From positions 56,836 to 120,835 of IMG/VR virus record IMGVR_UViG_3300021375_000011: 64,000 bases of DNA; one strand, given 5' to 3'. This DNA comes from a virus. Position numbers and translations under genes: made by a program. Position 1 is the stretch's first letter. Every line of letters begins with the position of its first letter. This document shows positions 20,501-30,275 of this stretch, piece by piece. The notes beneath the pieces are model-generated. The model was given only the letters and a program-made list of their open reading frames with translations. It did not search any database and was not told the origin of the DNA.

Positions 20501-23500
20501 TTATAAAATTACCAATAAGAATATACTGCCAACAGTTGGTACAATCCCTGATGATGTAGCACTTCCTACTGCAGGGTATGTAAACTATGATGATGTAGAT
20601 ATAAAAGTCTTTAACTTTGATGACTTAACCAATATTGCGGCTAATCTTGAAAACATTGCTATCGGAACAAACATATGGGTAGCAAAAGCAAATTCATATG
20701 ATTGGAACATTTATAGAAACAACTTAGTTAATGCACTGGTCACAACTGTAGTTGATAACCTAAACGGTACTTGTACATTTACATTTGATACAAATCATAA
20801 TTTGCTAACAGGCACTAGACTCGTTATAAAGTATTTTGACGTTGCAGTTGACGGTGCTTATATTATAGAAAGTGTTCCAAGTTTAAAGACTATCACAGTA
20901 ACACTTAGTTTGCCTGGAGAAACAACTTCTCTTACAGGAATCGGATTGACACTTGCTCTTGAAAGTGTGAGATTTGCACAAGCAAGTGATGTTGTGAATT
21001 CAACATTTGCAAATGCAATAGTGCCAGGCAACCAAGCATGGGTTGACGATTACGGTGATGGCAACTGGGCAGTACTACAAAAAATAAATCCATTTGGTAC
21101 CGCTACTGAATTAGATGCTGACACTCCGATACTTAATGACCTATATGGTACAACAGTTCAACAAGGAGTTACAGGTGGACTAGCAATTGGTGCACCAGGA
21201 TATGCAAGCGGAAAAGGTGCCGTATACTGTTACAATAAATCAGACACTGATACATACAAAGAAAACACAATTATGACACCTACTGCCGCTGGATTTGTAG
21301 GCACAGGCACAAGTTTAAGTGTTGGAACTATCGAACGTATAGTTGCAGGAGCACCTGCAAGTGATAGTAATAAAGGTTATGCAGTCGGTATAAGAAGAAA
21401 CAGTAGTAACGGCGAATATTCGCAGACACAATTGTTTAACACAGGAACAAATGATGTAGACAACTTTGGACAAGACGTTGCAGTAAGTGCAGATGAGCGT
21501 TGGTTGTACGTAAGTGCTCCAACAGCCACTGTTAGTGGCGATTATGTTTGGGCATATCAACAAGTTGGTGTGCAAAGTCAAACACTTAAATTTACTGGCG
21601 ATGCTACAACAACAGATTTTATTATTACAGGAACAATTGTTGTCAGTGCGGTAAATGCAACTGCACAAACACAAATAGCAGTAACCAGAAACAATGTATC
21701 ACAAACTGCTGGTAGTGATTATACAGTACAAACAAGTGGCACAAATCAAGTTGTAAGATTTGGAACTGCACCAAATGAGAATGATACTATTGTAATAACA
21801 AGACGTCAAGGTGTAACTTACCTACCTTCAGGATCAACTACGGCTTTTAGCACTGCTACCTTATTCACAGTCAATGACATTTACAGTTTTGCAGTTTACT
21901 ATAATGGTGCGTTGTTGCGTCCAATACACGATTATACATTTGCCGGCAATACTGTAACGTTGCTAGTAGCAATTAGCTCTGGCACACTACTAATTGATGC
22001 AAAAACATATTGGGATTTTGTAAAAACTATTAACACCGGTGGTAGTGTTGGTGACTTACCTGGGCAAAGCATATCCACTACAACAGATGGTAGACAAGTT
22101 ATCATTGGAGCACCTGGTGCTGAAGTTACTGTTGGATCTACCACAACAACTGATGCTGGTAAGGTGTACATTTATGACAGAAGTGTAGAGCGTTTCCAAG
22201 TTCAAACTGCATCAACAACCACACAAAGTTTTACAACATCTGACACACCCGAAGGCACACCAGCAGTAACAGTAAACGGAACATACCTAGTACCAACTGC
22301 ACAAAATAACAATGCAGAATTTAGTTTTAGCGGTACTACAATAACAATTGGAACTGCAACAAATCCGTACACACTTAATGTTGGTGACATTGTTGAGATC
22401 GAAACTAACAACTTTAGATTGGTTCAAACTATTAATTCGCCAACAGTAGGTGAAGCATACAATTTTGGTCAAGTGGTAGACATGTGTAGTACAAATTGTA
22501 GTCTATATATTGCAGAACCAAATGATAGTACAATCACAGAACAAGGCGGAAGTGTTGATAGGTGGATTAATCAATCCAGATTGTTTGGAACCATTACTGG
22601 TACTGTAACTAACCCAGTTTTAACTGCCACTGATAGTATAAGAATAAACAATTATTTTGTGACCTTAACTGGAACCACAGTTGCTAGTTTAGTAACTGAT
22701 ATCACCACTGCAGATTTGCCAAACATTAAGGCAACCGAAGTCAGTGGAGCATTACAAATTACACTTGTTGATGTACAAGCAGGTGAAGCATTTATAAAAC
22801 TACAAGTAGCACCAGGAGCAGGAACTGCGTTTGCAGATTTAGGACTCGCTCAAATGGTATTTGCACAAACTATTGTATCTCCGGTAGCACAACAGTTTGG
22901 GCATTTTGGACAAAGCCTTAAAATTGATAGCACTGCAACAACCTTAGTTGTTGGTGCTCCAGATGCTACTGCTAACTTGCCAACCACGTTTGATAGCAAT
23001 ACAACATATTTTGATAGTAAAAGCACACTGCTAATTGATCCTTTAGAGGAATCAGGCGTAGCATATACCTATAACTTTTTAAACGCCGCCAATGCAAGTG
23101 CAACCAATACAGGCAAGTTTGTTTTTGGACAACAGATTTACGATACAAGCATGGTAAGTTTTGATAAGTTTGGTAGTGCAGTTGATTATTATGCCGGAGT
23201 ATTATTAGTCGGAGCACCAAACGATGATTTAAATGATAGTTCCGGTGATTATGGAAGAGTAACACAACTTGTTAATGCAAACAAAGAAAGTGCATGGAAA
23301 ATTGTTTACAATCAGCAACCAATGGTCAACAGTGCTCTGCTTAACAGTGTGTTTACATATGATAAAGTAAGTAACGAAGTAGATACATATTTAGATTTCA
23401 TTGATCCACTACAAGGTAAAATACTAGGAGCGGCGAGTGCTAATATAAACTATCAAGGTGGTATTGATCCTGCAGCCTACAACACTGGCACAGTAAACAA

Positions 23501-26500
23501 TTTTGGTTCGCAGTGGAGAGATGAGTACTTAGGACACTTTTGGTGGGATTTAAGCACAGTTAGATTCATTGATTATCATCAAGACACTATAGAATACAAA
23601 GCAAGACGTTGGGGACAACTGTTTCCAGGTTCGTCAGTTGATGTCTATCAATGGACTAAGAACAGTGTTGCACCAGCAAACTACACAGGACCAGGCACAG
23701 TTTATACAACTGATAGTTACGTTGTAACCAGCGAGCTTGATAGTGCAGGAACATTTGTTTCAAATTATTATTATTGGGTCAAAGGATTATCTGCAGTTCC
23801 AACTGGCAAAACACTTAGTTCAAATGCTATTACACAATACATATCTGATCCGAGATCAAGTGGCGTATCATACAGTGCGGCATTAAGTCAAAACACAATT
23901 GGTTTATACAATGTACGTACACAATTGGTTGGGACAGACACTATACTGCACGTTGAATTTGATAAACTAGAAAACACTGATGCAGTACACAGTGAATATG
24001 ATTTAATCACTGACAATGATCCTAACAGTTTCTTAGGCACAGGACTTTACAGAAAGTTTTTAGATAGTTATTGTGGAGTTGATACACTTGGTAACAATGT
24101 GCCAGATCCTACTTTGAGCCCTGCTGACAAATATGGTGTAAGTTTCCGTCCAAGACAAAGTTTCTTTATAGATAGATTTCTTGCACTTGAAAATTATATG
24201 ACACGTGCAAATAGGATAATGAAACTGTATCCTATATCAGAAGACAAAAGTTTTAAATTACTAAACAGTTCAGATCCAGAACCAACAAGCGTAAGTGGTT
24301 TGTGGGATAAACGTGTGTTAACCTATGCAGAACTTACGTATCAAGATCTAAATCAAGTAGCAGTTGGTTATAACTATTTGGTAGCAAGTGACAGTACCCA
24401 AGAAGGACTATGGACAATATATACTGTAATTGCTGGACCTAGTTTACAGTTAGCAAGAGTACAAAACTATGATACACAACTATATTGGAGTTATGTAGAT
24501 TGGAATGGCTTAAATGCTGATGGAACAACCTACAGTAGTGCAAATGCTAGTGCTTACGAAGTAGAAGTGTATAGTAATCTACTTGCACTCGAAGATGTGC
24601 CAAATCAATCATGGGCTACCGTTGAATCAAACAGTTTTGGAAAGAAAGAAGTCTATCAGTATAGCACAACAACTGGTGAGTGGACAAGAGTTTTCTTAGA
24701 AGATGGAACCATTGCAGTTGACAAAACAATTTGGGATTATTCAGTTGGAAATTTTGGCTTTGATGTTGAAGCATTTGATGCACAAAGATTTGCACAAGCG
24801 CCTGATGTTGAAACAAGACAAATACTTAAAGCATTAAACGAAGAAATTTTTGTAAACGAACTAAAGATATTCAGGAACGAACTTCTAATACTTACATTTG
24901 AATTTATTATGAGTGAACAACCTGCTCCAGACTGGTTGATTAAGACATCACTGATTGATGTCAATCATAAAATACGTGACCTAATAGAATATCCAATTTT
25001 TAGAAGAGACAATCAGGATTTTGTAAGTCAATACATAGAAGAAGTAAAACCATATCATGTACAAGTTAGAGAATTTAACTTACGCTATGAAGGCGAGGAT
25101 ACTTACAACGGTAGTATTACAGACTTTGATCTTCCTGCATATTATGATGCATTGCGAAATCAATTTGTTTCGCCTATACTAGATGATAGCGAATTTCCAA
25201 CATCACTAAGTGCAGTACCAAGTACTTCTAGCGTATGGACTACATTTCCATGGAGCCAATGGTACAACAATTATAAACTTATTGTAAAAGAAGTTAAAGT
25301 TCTAAATGGCGGAAGTGGTTACACTGTACCTCCGCAAGTGGTAGTGACAGGTGATGCAACGACACAAGCAACAATGACTGCAACTGTAAACACTGCTGGT
25401 GTAGTAACCGGAATTACCGTAGACACTCTAGGAAGTGGTTATATAACTACGCCAACATTAACAATATCAGGTGGCAACGGAACAGGCGCAACTGCGGTAG
25501 TGGTGTTAGAACCACAACAGGTACGTGACTTTAAAACAACAGTCAAGTATGACAGAATTACATACACCAGTCAAGTGTTAGATTGGACTGCAAGTACTGT
25601 ATACACTGCTGGTCAATTAATTCGATATCCGGTACCAACACTTGGAGTTGTAAACGTTAGTTTGCCAGAAGTTTATAGTGTAAATTTTAATTTTACAAGT
25701 GGCACAGTATTTGATCCTGACAACTATACTAAAGTTGATCAATCAACACTAGATGGTGCAGACAGAACTATTGGATTATATACTCCAGAGCCAAATGAAC
25801 CAGGACGTGAACTAGCACAAGTGATGACAGGTATAGACTATCCTGGCGTACAAGTTCAAGGTCCAAACTTTAATCAGAATACTGGATATGATGTTGGAAA
25901 CTTTGACATAAATCCATTTGATAACATAGATTTTGGTCCAGAAGGATTACCAACATATGATCCTGCAATACTTGACGTCATTTACGAAAGTGAATTTACA
26001 GACACATACTTAGGTGTCCGTGCAACAGACATTAATGTAGTAGGTGGCGCTTTTATAGATACCTATAGTTCACATGCTCCTGAAGAACTTATACCTGGAA
26101 GCGAATTTGACACACTTGATCTAAAAGTTTACACACGTCCAGGCAGTGATTGGAGCAGTGACGGACACGGCTTTAACATTGCAACAATAAATGTTGTGTT
26201 TAACGGAGCCGGAACAACACTTGATTTTACAAGTGCAATGCTACATCCAGTTGGCATAGAAGTAATTGATATTACAAGTGGACAAAGCATTACAAACACT
26301 GCATACACAATTGACTGGGTAAACAAAGTAGTTACACTCGGTGCAACTATGCCAAGTGCAATTGGAAGTAATATTGCAATTAAGATTTATGGCCTAGGTG
26401 GCGGTTCACAGATTTACAAAGAAAGCATTGTTGGAAGTGATATTACTAGTAATGTTGCAACCATTCCAGTAGTGTTCTCTGAGATTAACCAAATGGTAAT

Positions 26501-28124
26501 TTTTGTTAATGGTACAATAATATCAGACTATGCGTTTGCCGCTAGTGGTAGTTTTGCTACTGCAATTACATTTACAAGCACATATGGTGCTAGTGATTGG
26601 ATTACTTTTGGTGTACTAGGAGCAACAACACCTGTACAATATTCATGGAGCACTCCATTAGTACAGTATATCACATACGATGGTTCAAGTTTACTCGATC
26701 CACTAACAAACAGTTTAGGTGGTACAAACCAGGCAAACATGGTTGTACAACGTGAAGGATTAAGACTTCGTCCGCCAGAAGGTATTGAATACACCGGTGA
26801 TGGTTCAAGTGCAGGTCCTTATTACATAAGCACCACTGGCATCAGTAATCAAGGTTTAGTTGCAGATAATGATCTATTGGTTTATGTTGATAATGTAAGG
26901 AAAAATTTAGCAGTCGATTGGAACCTAAGTGCATGGGATGGATCAAGCGATAGATATGTTGAATTTACAACTGCTAGTATGCCTCCTGCTAATAGTGATA
27001 TTAAGATTTTCACAACAACTGAAGCAGATTATATTTTACTTGGCGATCAGTTAGATTTACGTGTTAGTGCTGCCGCTAACGCAACATTCGCAGTGTACAC
27101 CTACAATGATACTGCTCAACAAAACATACTTACAAAAGTATTTGTTGGACCAACTACTACAGGTATTACAACAGGAGTTGCATACGACGAAGATGCTTAT
27201 GATGCAAGTGAATTTGATGAAACTGTTGGTACAACCATTGATACAAACAACTTTGCACTTGGCAGACTTGTAGACAGTCCTGAAAGACTTATAGTTACAT
27301 TAAACGGAACATTTATTAGTCAATCAGAATATGATTTAACCACAGGCACTGATAACAAAACCACATTGGTATTGGATAGAAATGTTATTAATGCTGCCGA
27401 CGTGTTAGCAGTAACTATGTTTACAAACACAGTGGTTCCAAACAGCTTAAACTTTAGAATCTTTCAAGACATGTTAGGCAATCAAAAGTTGCTAAGAATG
27501 AATACGCAAAATACAACACAACTTGCACAAGATCTTGCAATTGACGATATAGAAATTCATCTACAAGATGCAAGTAAACTTAGCGAGCCTGATTTAGATA
27601 ACAATATTTTTGGACAACTTATGGTTGGTGGTGAACGAATTACATACAGAGTGAGAGACTTAGGCAATAATACTGTTAGCGATCTCAGACGTGGTACTGC
27701 AGGCACAGGAGTCTATGCACATGCAACAGGAACCAGTGTAAGCGACGTGGGCCCAGGAGAGCAACTTCCTGCAACATATCAACAAAAAACAACAACTGAT
27801 AAAACAAATGTTGGTGATGGTACAACTACTAGATTTACAACAAGTATAATAGTACCAACTGGCTTAGACAGTACAGAACTTGCTGAATCAATTACAGTCA
27901 CAGTTGCTGGTACAGTGCTTGTACCAGACACAGATTACACAATCACTGCAACAGATAGTGCGTTTACAGAAGTAACACTTACAACACCACCACTTGCAAA
28001 TGTGGAAGTTTGGTTCAGTCAAGTTACTGCTAAAGTAATGTACGCACAAGGTAGTGGTACTGCAAGTAACGGCATTCCGTTACAAGATCAAACAACACCA
28101 GCAGTAACATTCTTAAAGAGTTAA
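14529..28124 (+). CDS. Giant (4531-aa) virion structural protein, probable baseplate wedge/attachment protein with FG-GAP-type repeats
   Basis: Single 13.6-kb ORF after gp6; FG...VGAP repeats, NGGSGY/GSGY Ig-like module, VKPYH motif, GDGTTT-type beta modules. Confidence 0.75.
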   Translation: MAKRIRSEDFLPEIFQTPANKQLLRSTLDQLTQNPKLKPTEGYIGRKIGPGVTASDSYVLEPTTTRSNYQLEPGVVQTNDNGTEVLNTITYPGIIDSLQLQGANTTRHDRLFDSEYYSFDPMVDFDKYVNFGQYYWVPAGPDSVSVFANAIPIRADYDVKYVNTGYTFSGYAGTLPTINLARQGEYNFNVSDSGRNFWIQSQPGTSGVLSQQPNQSSREVLGVTNNGDDFGTVTFNVPSNTAQNFYFTLADIGSTDLLEDTLQFNQINNVFVDVFLEEHGGIDGITDLQDRTLIITTDTDTGWEILTPFDDTLFDQDDPGIPNPGFDNSVALATDPERYVQWRISYNYENPTRPFMELTKVQDIANLSKSIINYGTDYAGVTFYKNADGVFERQPLITANLDILYYQDASDELNFGIIRLVDQANISDLNVDEDIVGKKTYTSPNGVIFTNGLKVEFTGQIVPASYEGNQYYVEGVGTAIELLPVTDFVTPETYTISASVPFDSLSFDEGGYDATSNAPTAQDYMLINRASLDQNAWSRGNRWFHIDVLSATATYNNVALDIDNNARAKRPILEFRKSLKLFNYGTLATEPVDIIDFTQTNAFQNVNGSIGYSVDGYTLIQGSRIIFANDSDPQVKNKIYTVNFVDFEDSSVKTIDLQAASLTSPEVPTNTNVVVLSGTTEQGKSYWFNGTTWVSGQQKTDTNQPPLFDVYDANGYSLSDTSVYPSTTFIGTKIFSYAVGTGATDTIIEQPLKYFSISNVGDIVFDNNLYTDTFTYVKNATSSTQKIDTGIIRQYDTISTFDKLLGWQTHFDTSVQRQSFTFDYAGIPLVLDVPVITDTAKIPVKVFVDGQFVLANTYTYTTNTDNVTVITFNANVVGQPATEPATGAVVEIQVISNSASTIGFYTIPSNLESNALNKNSENFTLGTVRTHYESICQNLEEFSGKIHGSNNVRDLGNVVPYGNLILQQSAPLTMTTPFINGREFEYFRALEFNSQEYAKTKNKILDFVANNDWSGKTTATILDTTLLSVNAGKTANAPFYWTDAIPSGNEFETTTYTFSPISTYVFDTLYSYDFTSANYNGILVYLTPKSTGIQTILVGDGDEYTVATDGPRITINSEKITLENDDIITIREYTATYGSYIPATPSMLGLYPVYLPQSFVDNTYVTPTTVIQGHDGSLTVAWETGDYRNDVLLELEKRIYNNIKISVAEKYDPPLRSSDVIPGQFRTTAYTLTEINNILNTSFLAWVGANRVPYKDQTYNADDQFTWNYSNSQNRLDGDPLLGFWRGIYFDLYDTDSPHTRPWEMVGLSVEPSWWNTRYGPAPYTSGNTVLWDDMAKGIIAYPTGNVVVEDFVRPQLLECLPTDSQGNLVSPMQSIVGSYDSGSFVKSWIAGDYAPTQTAWRRSSNYPFAIQRLLALTEPAKYFSLFADRDLYKYNTDYNQYLYNDRFRIESSELVIYGNGTSKNSYINFVVDYNRVTGIDSTVVVTDKLANLDVRLCYRMASFSDKSYLKIFSEKSSPNSLNSSLLLPDESYNLFLYKNPSFAEIQFSAVTVQRTSAGYSVSGYSTTKPYFEILQSVPTGKFTSIDVNGQQSRINNSYSDNVVQVPYGYTFTSTNAVVDFLSSYGALLQKQGLQFDSQVNDTIVNWTQMAREFLYWVGQSWTVGSLINLNPGADILKLQRDFAVVESLNNENINDIMLDQNFEPLFGKDYAVERLDNELKLIGLNNQTFSFLNARYTSYEHIIVFDNVSIFNDLIYNPVTGARQNRLLLNGNTVFDWNGTLDAQGFILNQDNIKEWVANQSYTKGQIVLYKEAYWSATRLLSPNPEFVFADWIKSDYDKIQTGLLPNIATKADALRENYDINTANLESDATLLGLGLIGFRPRQYMQNLNLDDISQAGLYSQFLGTKGTLGAAEQFKSANLGKEEAEYDIRENWAIQRGIYGANANRSYFELRLDESKLLGNPSTVAVIDPGEITTANQEILLENIWKQSYKITNKNILPTVGTIPDDVALPTAGYVNYDDVDIKVFNFDDLTNIAANLENIAIGTNIWVAKANSYDWNIYRNNLVNALVTTVVDNLNGTCTFTFDTNHNLLTGTRLVIKYFDVAVDGAYIIESVPSLKTITVTLSLPGETTSLTGIGLTLALESVRFAQASDVVNSTFANAIVPGNQAWVDDYGDGNWAVLQKINPFGTATELDADTPILNDLYGTTVQQGVTGGLAIGAPGYASGKGAVYCYNKSDTDTYKENTIMTPTAAGFVGTGTSLSVGTIERIVAGAPASDSNKGYAVGIRRNSSNGEYSQTQLFNTGTNDVDNFGQDVAVSADERWLYVSAPTATVSGDYVWAYQQVGVQSQTLKFTGDATTTDFIITGTIVVSAVNATAQTQIAVTRNNVSQTAGSDYTVQTSGTNQVVRFGTAPNENDTIVITRRQGVTYLPSGSTTAFSTATLFTVNDIYSFAVYYNGALLRPIHDYTFAGNTVTLLVAISSGTLLIDAKTYWDFVKTINTGGSVGDLPGQSISTTTDGRQVIIGAPGAEVTVGSTTTTDAGKVYIYDRSVERFQVQTASTTTQSFTTSDTPEGTPAVTVNGTYLVPTAQNNNAEFSFSGTTITIGTATNPYTLNVGDIVEIETNNFRLVQTINSPTVGEAYNFGQVVDMCSTNCSLYIAEPNDSTITEQGGSVDRWINQSRLFGTITGTVTNPVLTATDSIRINNYFVTLTGTTVASLVTDITTADLPNIKATEVSGALQITLVDVQAGEAFIKLQVAPGAGTAFADLGLAQMVFAQTIVSPVAQQFGHFGQSLKIDSTATTLVVGAPDATANLPTTFDSNTTYFDSKSTLLIDPLEESGVAYTYNFLNAANASATNTGKFVFGQQIYDTSMVSFDKFGSAVDYYAGVLLVGAPNDDLNDSSGDYGRVTQLVNANKESAWKIVYNQQPMVNSALLNSVFTYDKVSNEVDTYLDFIDPLQGKILGAASANINYQGGIDPAAYNTGTVNNFGSQWRDEYLGHFWWDLSTVRFIDYHQDTIEYKARRWGQLFPGSSVDVYQWTKNSVAPANYTGPGTVYTTDSYVVTSELDSAGTFVSNYYYWVKGLSAVPTGKTLSSNAITQYISDPRSSGVSYSAALSQNTIGLYNVRTQLVGTDTILHVEFDKLENTDAVHSEYDLITDNDPNSFLGTGLYRKFLDSYCGVDTLGNNVPDPTLSPADKYGVSFRPRQSFFIDRFLALENYMTRANRIMKLYPISEDKSFKLLNSSDPEPTSVSGLWDKRVLTYAELTYQDLNQVAVGYNYLVASDSTQEGLWTIYTVIAGPSLQLARVQNYDTQLYWSYVDWNGLNADGTTYSSANASAYEVEVYSNLLALEDVPNQSWATVESNSFGKKEVYQYSTTTGEWTRVFLEDGTIAVDKTIWDYSVGNFGFDVEAFDAQRFAQAPDVETRQILKALNEEIFVNELKIFRNELLILTFEFIMSEQPAPDWLIKTSLIDVNHKIRDLIEYPIFRRDNQDFVSQYIEEVKPYHVQVREFNLRYEGEDTYNGSITDFDLPAYYDALRNQFVSPILDDSEFPTSLSAVPSTSSVWTTFPWSQWYNNYKLIVKEVKVLNGGSGYTVPPQVVVTGDATTQATMTATVNTAGVVTGITVDTLGSGYITTPTLTISGGNGTGATAVVVLEPQQVRDFKTTVKYDRITYTSQVLDWTASTVYTAGQLIRYPVPTLGVVNVSLPEVYSVNFNFTSGTVFDPDNYTKVDQSTLDGADRTIGLYTPEPNEPGRELAQVMTGIDYPGVQVQGPNFNQNTGYDVGNFDINPFDNIDFGPEGLPTYDPAILDVIYESEFTDTYLGVRATDINVVGGAFIDTYSSHAPEELIPGSEFDTLDLKVYTRPGSDWSSDGHGFNIATINVVFNGAGTTLDFTSAMLHPVGIEVIDITSGQSITNTAYTIDWVNKVVTLGATMPSAIGSNIAIKIYGLGGGSQIYKESIVGSDITSNVATIPVVFSEINQMVIFVNGTIISDYAFAASGSFATAITFTSTYGASDWITFGVLGATTPVQYSWSTPLVQYITYDGSSLLDPLTNSLGGTNQANMVVQREGLRLRPPEGIEYTGDGSSAGPYYISTTGISNQGLVADNDLLVYVDNVRKNLAVDWNLSAWDGSSDRYVEFTTASMPPANSDIKIFTTTEADYILLGDQLDLRVSAAANATFAVYTYNDTAQQNILTKVFVGPTTTGITTGVAYDEDAYDASEFDETVGTTIDTNNFALGRLVDSPERLIVTLNGTFISQSEYDLTTGTDNKTTLVLDRNVINAADVLAVTMFTNTVVPNSLNFRIFQDMLGNQKLLRMNTQNTTQLAQDLAIDDIEIHLQDASKLSEPDLDNNIFGQLMVGGERITYRVRDLGNNTVSDLRRGTAGTGVYAHATGTSVSDVGPGEQLPATYQQKTTTDKTNVGDGTTTRFTTSIIVPTGLDSTELAESITVTVAGTVLVPDTDYTITATDSAFTEVTLTTPPLANVEVWFSQVTAKVMYAQGSGTASNGIPLQDQTTPAVTFLKS

Positions 28125-28144
28125 ACTGGTAGTTAATGAATAAG

Positions 28145-28151
28145 GTAAATA
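28145..28151 (+). promoter_or_regulatory. Late-promoter-like box 4 nt before ATG
   Basis: GTAAATA-CAGT-ATG(28156). Confidence 0.55.
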
Positions 28152-28155
28152 CAGT

Positions 28156-28812
28156 ATGGAACAAGAAACAAAAAATGAGGCCATAGTGGATCAAGAAGAA
28201 AAACGTCCAAACGAAGCAGGACAACTTGCTATCAGTGGGCATATTAAGATATTTGATCCTAATAGCGGTGAAGTTATTGTTGACAAACGAAATGCTATAC
28301 ACTATGAAAATATAAGTCAAAGTATAGCAAATAGTTTAGCAAATAAAACTATTGGCCAAATTTATAGTATGAGTTTTGGCAACGGCGGTAGCAGTGTTGA
28401 TCCTACAGGAGTGATTACCTACTTGCCACCAAACACAACAGGACAGAATGCTAACTTGTACAATCCAACCTACTCAAAAGTAGTAGACGATAACAGTGCA
28501 AGTAACACTGACACTAGCAGTAATAACCTTACTATAACACATACAACAGGTAAAGTTTATTCAGATATACTTGTTAGTTGTCTGTTAGATTATGGCGAGC
28601 CATCAGGGCAACAAGCATTTGATAATTCAACAGATTTCAACGGTGATTATGTATTTGATGAACTAGGATTAAAAACTTGGAACGGAAGTGCAACTGACCT
28701 TAGATTGATAACACATGTTATCTTTCACCCAGTTCAAAAATCATTGAACAGACAGATACAAATTGATTATACAGTTCGTATACAAACATTAACTAATCTT
28801 AGTGCAACATAA
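28156..28812 (+). CDS. Virion structural protein (baseplate/tail-fibre junction, putative)
   Basis: 218 aa in tail module; GHIKIFD...N, FDELGL, THVIFHPVQKSLNR motifs. Confidence 0.65.
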   Translation: MEQETKNEAIVDQEEKRPNEAGQLAISGHIKIFDPNSGEVIVDKRNAIHYENISQSIANSLANKTIGQIYSMSFGNGGSSVDPTGVITYLPPNTTGQNANLYNPTYSKVVDDNSASNTDTSSNNLTITHTTGKVYSDILVSCLLDYGEPSGQQAFDNSTDFNGDYVFDELGLKTWNGSATDLRLITHVIFHPVQKSLNRQIQIDYTVRIQTLTNLSAT

Positions 28813-28815
28813 ATA
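28808..28815 (+). promoter_or_regulatory. Late-promoter-like box CATAAATA
   Basis: Overlaps the upstream stop codon; followed by GGAG RBS and ATG 28841. Confidence 0.6.
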
Positions 28816-28840
28816 CACTTAGAAAACGGAGTAAAACAAA

Positions 28841-30193
28841 ATGTCATATACCATTAACTTAACAGATGGTACAATTTTTGCAGTAGTTGCGGATGGTACT
28901 ATCAACACAGATTCGAGTCAGGTACTAGTCGGAAAAAACTACGCTGGTTACGGTGAATTCTTAGACGAGAACTTCATACGTTTACTTGAAAATGCGGCAA
29001 ATACATCAGCACCAGGAGCACCGTTAACAGGTCAACTTTGGTACGATAAAACAAACAATGTGATGAAAGTGTACAACGGAACAACTTTTAAGGTTATTTC
29101 GGCTGCGACTGCATCCACTAGCCAACCAACTTCAAATATAGCTGGTGACTTATGGTTTGATACAACAAACGACCAACTTAAAGTTTATAATGGATCCACT
29201 TTTATTACTATTGGTCCAAGTTTTACAAGTGGCGAAGGAACATCAGGTGCTATTGTAACAACTATTACAGATAACGTTGCAAGTGATCACGTTGTGGTAC
29301 AGATGTATGTAAACAACGTTATAGTTTCGATATTCTCAAAAGATGCTACATTTACTCCGGCAGTAGCTATTTCAGGATTTGCTACTATTGGTCCAGGTTT
29401 GAATATGAGTACAACAGTATCAAACGCAGTGTTTAACGGAACCGCAACAAATGCTGATACACTAGATACACTCAATTCAACAAGTTTTATGAGATCAGAT
29501 GCGGCCACAAGCAATAACACAAGTATCAGTGTGTTATCAGACACAGGATTATTTGTTGGTGCAGATAGTGATGCTAAAATTTCAGTTTCAGGAACTGATG
29601 TCACTATAGCCAACCAAACATCAGACGGTGATACTATATTAACAGTAAACGATGGTGGAGTTACTACAACAGTGATTCAACTTGATGGAGCAACTGCAAC
29701 TGTAGGCGTAAGAGATATAACAAATTTACAAGCAGATGGTGTTGGAAACATTGGTACTGCTAGTGTAGGATTCAATACTGTTCATGCTAAAGCAACATCA
29801 GCACAATACGCTGATATGGCTGAGCGTTTTCATGCAGATGCAGAATACGCTCCAGGAACAATTGTTGAACTAGGCGGTGTAAACGAAGTTACACTTTGCG
29901 TAGAAGAATTAAGTTCTAAAGTATTTGGTGTTGTTTCGACACAACCAGCATACTTGATGAACGGCAATGCAGGGTCAAATGCTACGCATCCACCAATTGC
30001 GATGAGTGGAAGAGTGCCTGTAAACGTAATGGGATTTGTTACAAAAGGTGACAGACTTGTAAGTGCCGGAAACGGAACCGCAAGAGCTGCAAACTTAGAT
30101 GAGATTACAAGTTTCAACGTAATTGGACGTGCTCTAGAAAGCAAAACAGACGAAGGAATTGGCAGTATAGAAGCTATTGTAAAAATAGTTTAA
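28841..30193 (+). CDS. Tail fibre/appendage protein with C-terminal intramolecular-chaperone (peptidase G2-type) domain
   Basis: GQLWYD / GDLWFD repeats; YADMAERF...GVVSTQPAYLMN...GRVPV...KGDRLVS...IGRALE. Confidence 0.75.
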   Translation: MSYTINLTDGTIFAVVADGTINTDSSQVLVGKNYAGYGEFLDENFIRLLENAANTSAPGAPLTGQLWYDKTNNVMKVYNGTTFKVISAATASTSQPTSNIAGDLWFDTTNDQLKVYNGSTFITIGPSFTSGEGTSGAIVTTITDNVASDHVVVQMYVNNVIVSIFSKDATFTPAVAISGFATIGPGLNMSTTVSNAVFNGTATNADTLDTLNSTSFMRSDAATSNNTSISVLSDTGLFVGADSDAKISVSGTDVTIANQTSDGDTILTVNDGGVTTTVIQLDGATATVGVRDITNLQADGVGNIGTASVGFNTVHAKATSAQYADMAERFHADAEYAPGTIVELGGVNEVTLCVEELSSKVFGVVSTQPAYLMNGNAGSNATHPPIAMSGRVPVNVMGFVTKGDRLVSAGNGTARAANLDEITSFNVIGRALESKTDEGIGSIEAIVKIV

Positions 30194-30196
30194 TAT

Positions 30197-30204
30197 TATA
30201 AATA
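30197..30204 (+). promoter_or_regulatory. Exact T4-type late promoter TATAAATA
   Basis: Intergenic, upstream of ATG 30276. Confidence 0.8.
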
Positions 30205-30275
30205 TGTAGGATATCCAGCTAATAGTATAACTATTAGCGTATCATTAGATACTAATACAAAGGAAATAAAAAGAG

